From positions 42,805-106,804 of IMG/VR virus record IMGVR_UViG_3300037247_001314: a stretch of DNA of 64,000 nucleotides, one strand, 5' to 3'. Under the pieces are notes generated by a model. The model was not told the DNA's origin and did no database searches. It saw only the letters and a program-made list of their open reading frames with translations. This document shows, in pieces, positions 46,668 to 52,797 of this stretch (position 1 is its first letter; each line of letters opens with the position of its first letter). A program made the position numbers and the translations under genes. The stretch comes from a virus.

Positions 46668-47825
46668 CTAGAGCTTCCAGAACTTCGGACTCGACCAGTT
46701 GGCCATCGCGCGGGTGCCCCCACCGTCCCCCTGGCGAGCGAAGTCCTTGGTACCGGTGATGTGCACGACGGTGGCGTAGAGAGTCTCGTATTTTCTACCA
46801 GACATCTTGTAGCCGTCCCTGAGGACAGTCACCTTCCACTCCTTGCCCTCGTACACACGCTTCAAAACAGTGCCCGTCTTGAGTGCTGCAACTTTTGGAG
46901 AACGCGAACGCTCCCGAGCAAACCGAGACATCACCTCGCCAATACCTTTTTTCTTCGCGGGCGCTTTCTTGGGAGCCGTCTTCTTCGTCGCTGACGTTTT
47001 CTTGCTCACAGCCTTTTTCTTAGAGACAACCTTCTTCGCGACTTTCTTTTTGGCCACCACCTTTTTAGCCGCAACCGCCTTTTTCTTCGCGACAGTTTTC
47101 TTCTTCGCGGCTGCTTTCTTTTTAACAGGGGCCTTCTTCGCCGCTACTTTCTTCTTATTTCGGGACATACCCGTATCCTTCGCGTTCTCGTCCCCCACGG
47201 TAACCTCGACGACAACAGTACCGTCTGGCAGCGAGAGTTCATCTGAATCCGATTCTTCCGCCGAAGAAACTTCTTTGGCGTCCTCGTCGCTGGCCCCACC
47301 TAGGACGAGCGAAAGGCCCCCACCCTCTGCGGGCTTCGTCTCAACGGTAGGTGGTTCTGGGGCAACGCCCTTTCGCTGTGCAGCAAGCGCCTCAGCGAGT
47401 TCTGGCGTTGGTTCAGCTTGAGGGCCAATAAGAGCCTCGATGGGGTTCCCTTCGACGTCCTCCCGCCACTTACCTGTCGGGTGCCCACCCTTGTTACGCG
47501 CCAGCAAAGGAAGCAGTTTGCGACCCAGAGTGATGCCGTCGACACACTCTGCCCCCATCGCCTCAGCAACGTCAGCATCGTCTGCGGTTTGCCCGTTGTC
47601 GACGGCGCTCTTCCCGAGCTTCTGAGTTTCGATACCAGGGATTTTACGCGCAATAATCATAATGCAGCGGTCGCGCACAAGGCACGTTCCCATACATACG
47701 CTCTCATCCCCCTCGTCGGTGTCGTCTTCAAAAGCCGAGCCGTAGCACTCGTACTCGCGTTGGATCTTCTTGTCGTTCCATTGCCGAGGGTCAAGAACAC
47801 GCGATTCATCTGCTTCATTAGCCAT
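46668..47825 (-). CDS. Protein with histone-H1-like Lys/Ala region and C-terminal DUF2924-like domain
   Basis: (V/A)AKKK repeats; GTVLKRVYEGKEWKVTV...Y.TL...ITGT...NWSSPKFWKL. Confidence 0.75.
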   Translation of the reverse strand: MANEADESRVLDPRQWNDKKIQREYECYGSAFEDDTDEGDESVCMGTCLVRDRCIMIIARKIPGIETQKLGKSAVDNGQTADDADVAEAMGAECVDGITLGRKLLPLLARNKGGHPTGKWREDVEGNPIEALIGPQAEPTPELAEALAAQRKGVAPEPPTVETKPAEGGGLSLVLGGASDEDAKEVSSAEESDSDELSLPDGTVVVEVTVGDENAKDTGMSRNKKKVAAKKAPVKKKAAAKKKTVAKKKAVAAKKVVAKKKVAKKVVSKKKAVSKKTSATKKTAPKKAPAKKKGIGEVMSRFARERSRSPKVAALKTGTVLKRVYEGKEWKVTVLRDGYKMSGRKYETLYATVVHITGTKDFARQGDGGGTRAMANWSSPKFWKL

Positions 47826-47835
47826 GGTGGTCCTT

Positions 47836-48447
47836 TCAGGCGAGCTCTGCCGCCGCAGCTTTGCGAGCTGAGGCAACTCTGTTGCGCCAGCCCTGGTATG
47901 AAATGCCGAGGTCAGCGCAAACTTCCTGCACCTCACCTCGAGCCCGCTGCAGCTCACCTCGGACACGTGGAATGCCTGGTGGGCTCAGCGCAACGACATG
48001 CTTCAGCGTGTCTTTATGTCGGAGCGACAGTCGCGCGTCCAGACGCCGAAGGCAAGACCGATCTTCCAGACGATTACCCAAATCGAAAGGGGCGATAGCG
48101 ACGCAGGCAGCCCGCGGCGTGCCAGCACCGTCAAAATCATCCGCCTCAAAATCCTCCACCACTGGGGCCTGATGCGAAAAAGTGTCAGTTCGGCGGGATG
48201 CACGCCTGATGTTGCGCGCGTGGTTCCACATCGCTGTGTAAACATACTTGAGCGGGCGAGTGCGGTCCTCGTAAAGCACCTCACAAATCTTAAGATGTAT
48301 TTCTTGCTCCACATCTGCAAAAGACAACGCGCGAGCGTCCCTCCCGGACCGATTACGATTTCGAAACGCAAACCGGGCTACCTTCCGCACCTCCCAGGCA
48401 GACGGGTACACCGATGCCACCACGGGCACCTTCCTTTTCTTCAGCAT
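47836..48447 (-). CDS. Sigma-70/ECF-like sigma factor
   Basis: Region 2-like ADVEQEIHLKI...YVYTAMWNHARNIRR; region 4-like VQEVCADLGISYQGWRNRV. Confidence 0.65.
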   Translation of the reverse strand: MLKKRKVPVVASVYPSAWEVRKVARFAFRNRNRSGRDARALSFADVEQEIHLKICEVLYEDRTRPLKYVYTAMWNHARNIRRASRRTDTFSHQAPVVEDFEADDFDGAGTPRAACVAIAPFDLGNRLEDRSCLRRLDARLSLRHKDTLKHVVALSPPGIPRVRGELQRARGEVQEVCADLGISYQGWRNRVASARKAAAAELA

Positions 48448-48508
48448 GTTTTTTCTTCTCCCTTTGCGGGACCGTTCGGCCCCTGTCGACGAGATAACCC
48501 CGTCGATG

Positions 48509-48769
48509 TTAACTAAGCTCGGCTCTCGCCTCCTTGAGCTCTTTATTGAACTCTCTCTCAAGCACGTCCAGAACTGCCTTGGGTGCTTTCATGGTCTTTG
48601 CCAGCTGAACACCCTTGGTCAGAATGGACAAAACAAAAAACGAGTTGCGAGATACACCAGCGTCGACGAGAAGCCGGTCAATAGCTCTCTGGGCTTTCCG
48701 ACCGAAGCGTATCGTCGTCTTCAATGCGACGTCTTGCCTGAGGGGCGTTAGTTTTTTTGGTGGGACCAT
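48509..48769 (-). CDS. Ribbon-helix-helix-like regulator
   Basis: KTTIRFGRKAQRAIDRL...GVSRNSF. Confidence 0.6.
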   Translation of the reverse strand: MVPPKKLTPLRQDVALKTTIRFGRKAQRAIDRLLVDAGVSRNSFFVLSILTKGVQLAKTMKAPKAVLDVLEREFNKELKEARAELS

Positions 48770-48777
48770 GAGCTACC

Positions 48778-49839
48778 TCACAAAAGCAATGTGCCTGGTG
48801 AAAATGGCTGGGCGTGTGCGCGATAGGCATCGAGTTCGGCACGGCTGTAGTCGCCGGGGTCGCCCCGCGGCAGAAAAACTAAACGGACATCCATGAATGC
48901 GGAGAGCTGACCCGCGGCTTGAATCATCGACTCCCAAGCCCCGCGGGGCTCCTTTGGTGTCGGGCCATCCCACATGAAATCGACCGCGCGCACACCAGCG
49001 TCGACGAGTCGCGCGATTTGCTGCGGTTGCAGTTGTTTGCCGAACGTCGCGACGGCTGAAGGGCCCGCGCGGATGCACGACGTCGGGCCCTCGGTGATGC
49101 ACACTCTCGGGTAGGCCGCGGCCTGTTCCAGGTTGAGCACCACATCGCCCGAACCGAAATACCAGATGCCGCCGCGCTCTTGGGACGGGTTGAGCGTCTT
49201 GCGAAACTTGTCCTTGCCGACAGTGCCGTCTTTGCGGGTGAACGGACGAGCCACGTGCTCGTCCTCGTCCCACATCGCTCTTGCCTGCCAATAGATACAT
49301 TGCCCACGCTCCCAAACAGGAAACACCAGCCGATTAGCCAGCCATCCAGACGCACACCACCCAAGGCCAAAAAGCCTCGCATCTTCCAGCGTAATCTGTC
49401 TTTTGCTAAGGTAAGGCATACTGCCCGCGATAGCAAGCGTTCCATCTGGAAGACCTGTCGGGCATACTGCCGGGGGCGTTTTTTGTCCAGAGAGGAACGA
49501 AGTTTCCGGGAGTTCCGTGGGTGAACCTAAAGCATGGCTCACAAACTCGGCGATGCGCTGGATAGCCTGGCTGGTGTTCAAGCCCTCCAACCACTTGACC
49601 AGACCGAGCGCGCGGCCGGCGCCGGCAATGGCGCGCTTCTTACCAAGGGCATCCACCAGATACTTCTCGCAGCGGAAGCAGCGCCAAAACCCCGTCGACG
49701 TGTTGATACTGAGCTTTGCGAGTCCGCATTTCGGGCAGCCCAGAAGCAGTTCGTTGCGCCCCTCACGCTCAGCCGCGAACCCCTGCAGGTACCGCTCGAC
49801 GTCAAACCGCTGCAGCAGAAGGTCAAGGTTTTCTTTCAC
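48778..49839 (-). CDS. DNA primase (zinc finger plus TOPRIM)
   Basis: CPKC...WRCFRC, RLVFPV, WQAR, ITEGPTS, MWDG, DPGD; GTG start inferred. Confidence 0.85.
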   Translation of the reverse strand: MKENLDLLLQRFDVERYLQGFAAEREGRNELLLGCPKCGLAKLSINTSTGFWRCFRCEKYLVDALGKKRAIAGAGRALGLVKWLEGLNTSQAIQRIAEFVSHALGSPTELPETSFLSGQKTPPAVCPTGLPDGTLAIAGSMPYLSKRQITLEDARLFGLGWCASGWLANRLVFPVWERGQCIYWQARAMWDEDEHVARPFTRKDGTVGKDKFRKTLNPSQERGGIWYFGSGDVVLNLEQAAAYPRVCITEGPTSCIRAGPSAVATFGKQLQPQQIARLVDAGVRAVDFMWDGPTPKEPRGAWESMIQAAGQLSAFMDVRLVFLPRGDPGDYSRAELDAYRAHAQPFSPGTLLL

Positions 49840-49988
49840 CAGGCGCAGCGCCCGGCGCCCATGAGCATCAGCCAAATGACGTCGTCGTCAAATGGGTCCG
49901 GCTCTGCGGGGACAAGATACGTGAGGTCGTGCCAGACGAAGCTAACCCCAATCACCGCAGACTCGAAAAAACCTTTCTTTCGAGCCAT
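49836..49988 (-). CDS. Small hypothetical protein (not in ORF track)
   Basis: MARKKGFFESAVIG...; fills the helicase-primase gap with a GTGA overlap. Confidence 0.45.
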   Translation of the reverse strand: MARKKGFFESAVIGVSFVWHDLTYLVPAEPDPFDDDVIWLMLMGAGRCAW

Positions 49989-49990
49989 CG

Positions 49991-51460
49991 CTACACCCCC
50001 TGCTTCTGCTGCCAGCTATTTACGCCACTAGAATAACCAAGCGGGTGCGTCGTCTGCACCGTCGTCGTCTGTAATGTGGCTGGCGCAGGCATCTCACCAC
50101 CGATTTTCATCCGTTGGAAATCACAAGGCACCAACATCTCAACGTCAGCCGCATTGTCCCGCAGAAGCTCAACATAAAGCCTCATGACCCCTTGACGCCG
50201 TTCTTCACGCGTCTGGTTGATGGAGCCCACCATGTCAGCAATGCGCACCTTCGCGTAGCAGTCGGCGATGTGTTTGCTCTTGAGGATATCCTGGATGTCG
50301 TCGAAGTCGTCGTCCTTCGGGCGCTGCACTTGGCTCGCCGTCCAAACCGCGTAGCCGCGGTTAGCCAGCGTCTTGCAGTCCTGGAATGAAGCCTTCTGAC
50401 TGTCGGTGTCGCTTTTGTACCCGCCCGGTCGCGGTCGACCGTCGAGGAGGTCGCAGTAGTCGATGATGATGACGTCGGGCTTCCACCCGTGCGCCTGTTT
50501 AAGCTCGCGCATCTCATTCCAGATGTGCGTCATGTTGAAGTCCCACTCGTCAGTGAACGCGCGCACGACACACTGCTGCCTGAGCATCTGCATCTCTTGA
50601 TAGGCCAGCGCATAACGGGGGGCGTCGATCTCTCCTCGACGGACGTTCGTGTAGAGCTCCTCAGTGAAGACGGTATCGTAGCGATCGGCGATGTACTCGC
50701 CCGACCCTTCGAGCGGGATGTGCAGCACCTTTCGGTTGTACGCGCGCAGGGCCACCGCGCCCTTGTTAACGAGGAACGTCGTCTTGCCCGCCTTCGGCCT
50801 GGATAGCCACACGCCGAGAAATCCCGGGTGAGCTCCGCCGTCGAGCGTCTTGTCTAGGAGCGGAATGCCCGTACCCGTGTGTCTGCCCTGCATCTCCAGC
50901 GACTGACGACGGATGTGCCGGTCAGGAAGCTCGTCCATAAGCCATTGCCGGTCTGGGCTTTCCCACGCGACTGAATGCAGCGAGTCCATACGCGTTTGCA
51001 TAAGGTCGTACGCGTCGTCGACCTTGCCCGCGTTGAACAAGTCGCGCGAGTCAATGAACGCGTCACGAAAAACCTGGCGCTTGATAAAATCCATCGTCTT
51101 GTCGCGTAACCAGGGCTCGTCAGTAACTGGGCGCTCGCGGACACCATTGAGCACAGCCGCAAAGATGGGCTGGATGTTGGCATCGAGGGTGCGCACCTGG
51201 TCGAGGACCACGAGCAGCGTCGGGAACGTTCCGTACGTTTCCGAGTACCACTGCGCGAAACCAAAGGCCCACGCCATCGCCTCATTCTGAAAAAACTTAG
51301 GCTGAAGGTACTTGGCCACCTGTCTGGCGAAGGCGCTGTCCTCTAGGAGAAGCCGGATGAGCATGCCCTGGAACACAACGCCAAATGCGCTACCGAGGTC
51401 TTCTGCTGCCGGCGTCGCTTGCGGGCGCTGCTGTATGAGAGTGACGGCGCGCCTATCCAT
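49991..51460 (-). CDS. DnaB-like (SF4) replicative helicase
   Basis: TGIPLLD, RPKAGKTT, LEGS, IIIDYCD, WTASQ. Confidence 0.9.
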   Translation of the reverse strand: MDRRAVTLIQQRPQATPAAEDLGSAFGVVFQGMLIRLLLEDSAFARQVAKYLQPKFFQNEAMAWAFGFAQWYSETYGTFPTLLVVLDQVRTLDANIQPIFAAVLNGVRERPVTDEPWLRDKTMDFIKRQVFRDAFIDSRDLFNAGKVDDAYDLMQTRMDSLHSVAWESPDRQWLMDELPDRHIRRQSLEMQGRHTGTGIPLLDKTLDGGAHPGFLGVWLSRPKAGKTTFLVNKGAVALRAYNRKVLHIPLEGSGEYIADRYDTVFTEELYTNVRRGEIDAPRYALAYQEMQMLRQQCVVRAFTDEWDFNMTHIWNEMRELKQAHGWKPDVIIIDYCDLLDGRPRPGGYKSDTDSQKASFQDCKTLANRGYAVWTASQVQRPKDDDFDDIQDILKSKHIADCYAKVRIADMVGSINQTREERRQGVMRLYVELLRDNAADVEMLVPCDFQRMKIGGEMPAPATLQTTTVQTTHPLGYSSGVNSWQQKQGV

Positions 51461-52073
51461 GAACTCTCCGCGAGATGGACTCTGCCTGTGACGACGACAA
51501 ACGCCCTTCACGCAAAGCCAAAATATCGAACATCACGTAGCTCTGAATCCGTATTGAGCATCGATCCCGCAGCGGGCACGCCCAGCACACCTTGGACGCG
51601 GGGTGGAACCCCAGCGTGCGTTCCAAAACTTGTTCCAGACACTCTTGAGCTTTCCCCGTCTGGACATACTGGCGCTTCATCGCTTCGACTGTGTGGGCAA
51701 GGTCCCGGTTAGGATCGAAAGCCTGTTCGGCAGCGGCGTCGCGACCGGTCGCGCGCACCCGCCGCCCAAAAAAACCGATACCCCGCATTCGTCGATAACG
51801 GAAAATCTGCTTCTCGCTCAGGAGGTGGCCGCGGAGCAAACTCGGTGCCCCCACCCAACTGCGATTCTTGAACAACGCAAACAGCCACAGCCGCGGCTCC
51901 AGCCGTTTTTCCCGGCACCATACGATAAGGTCGTCGAGAAGCGCGCGAAGCTCGGGGGTCATCTTCTTCGGTCCGATGCGAGCACCCTTGCCTTGCAGCG
52001 TATGGAAATGCTTCGTGAGGGTTCGGTAATAACTCCAATCTGCGAGCAGTTGAACCGCAAGATCGCTACTCAT
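51453..52073 (-). CDS. Hypothetical protein (possible helicase loader)
   Basis: Directly upstream of the helicase; GFHPASKVCWACP...C. Confidence 0.55.
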   Translation of the reverse strand: MSSDLAVQLLADWSYYRTLTKHFHTLQGKGARIGPKKMTPELRALLDDLIVWCREKRLEPRLWLFALFKNRSWVGAPSLLRGHLLSEKQIFRYRRMRGIGFFGRRVRATGRDAAAEQAFDPNRDLAHTVEAMKRQYVQTGKAQECLEQVLERTLGFHPASKVCWACPLRDRCSIRIQSYVMFDILALREGRLSSSQAESISRRVHG

Positions 52074-52327
52074 CCGCGCTCGAACCCAGTCCCCTCGACG
52101 AGGAAAAGACGCGCAACAGCGTGCTTAGGAATCATCTCCTGGCGGTTGTGGGGGTCGGGCGGAAGTTCAACGCCGTAGCTGTAACGGTCGACCCACAAGA
52201 GTTGACAGCGCAGGAACTTGATGGGCGTCGTCGCAGACACCTTTTCGTCGCCGACGAAAACGATGCCGATTTGCTTTCCTTTGAGCTTGTCCAAGAACCC
52301 AGATTCCGGCCCATTGTTTTTACCCAC
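52070..52327 (-). CDS. Hfq/Sm-like RNA-binding protein
   Basis: FLDKLK...LRCQLLWVDRYS...EMIPKHAV parallels Hfq FLNALR...LQGQIESFDQF...QMVYKHAI. Confidence 0.6.
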   Translation of the reverse strand: MGKNNGPESGFLDKLKGKQIGIVFVGDEKVSATTPIKFLRCQLLWVDRYSYGVELPPDPHNRQEMIPKHAVARLFLVEGTGFERG

Positions 52328-52709
52328 GTCGTGCGCTCCGTTTCTTCAAGTCAGCTTGATGTTGGGCCTTGAGCCGTTGCAGCTGGGCAATGGCGTTGTC
52401 AATCTCATCAAGCCAAAGCCTGTCATCCTTGAAGATGGGTGCGCCCACCGCGGACCCACCAGCCACTTGCTCGTCGACAACGTAACCCGTCTTCTCGACA
52501 TTGCGCTGGCTGTTGTACGCGTGCACAACTTGCATGAGCGCGTCGACGCCGGTGGGCCAAGGAAGTCCTCGCACCAGCGTCGGAGCGTGGAACACGAGGT
52601 ACGTGCGGTCACTGCCCTGCAGAAACCTAATCAGATGTTCGGGGTCGCTGATAGCAACCGCTTCCTGTGCTCGGGCTAGAGCGCGTGCATCAACGGTAGG
52701 CATCACCAT
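52320..52709 (-). CDS. Hypothetical protein
   Basis: GGAGG SD. Confidence 0.6.
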   Translation of the reverse strand: MVMPTVDARALARAQEAVAISDPEHLIRFLQGSDRTYLVFHAPTLVRGLPWPTGVDALMQVVHAYNSQRNVEKTGYVVDEQVAGGSAVGAPIFKDDRLWLDEIDNAIAQLQRLKAQHQADLKKRSARRG

Positions 52710-52723
52710 AAAATCCTCCAGAC

Positions 52724-52770
52724 AAAAAAAGAAAAAATGCCCGCCGCACCGGGAGCCAGCGCGACGGGCG
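52724..52770 (-). terminator. Intrinsic terminator after SF2 helicase
   Basis: GCCCGTCGCGCTGG-ctc-CCGGTGCGGCGGGC followed by ATTTTTTCTTTTTTT. Confidence 0.75.
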
Positions 52771-52797
52771 TCAAGGGCTCTTACTTACGAACAACAC

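Noticed and set aside
49461-49471. GGCATACTGCC operator-like sequence inside the primase gene
   Set aside because: No flanking -35/-10 boxes; may be chance.
2334-51454. Basic RAVx[LIV] tags as eukaryotic NLS or PP1 RVxF motifs
   Set aside because: SD sequences, sigma70 promoters, amidase and baseplate genes show a bacteriophage, and the aromatic residue of RVxF is missing.
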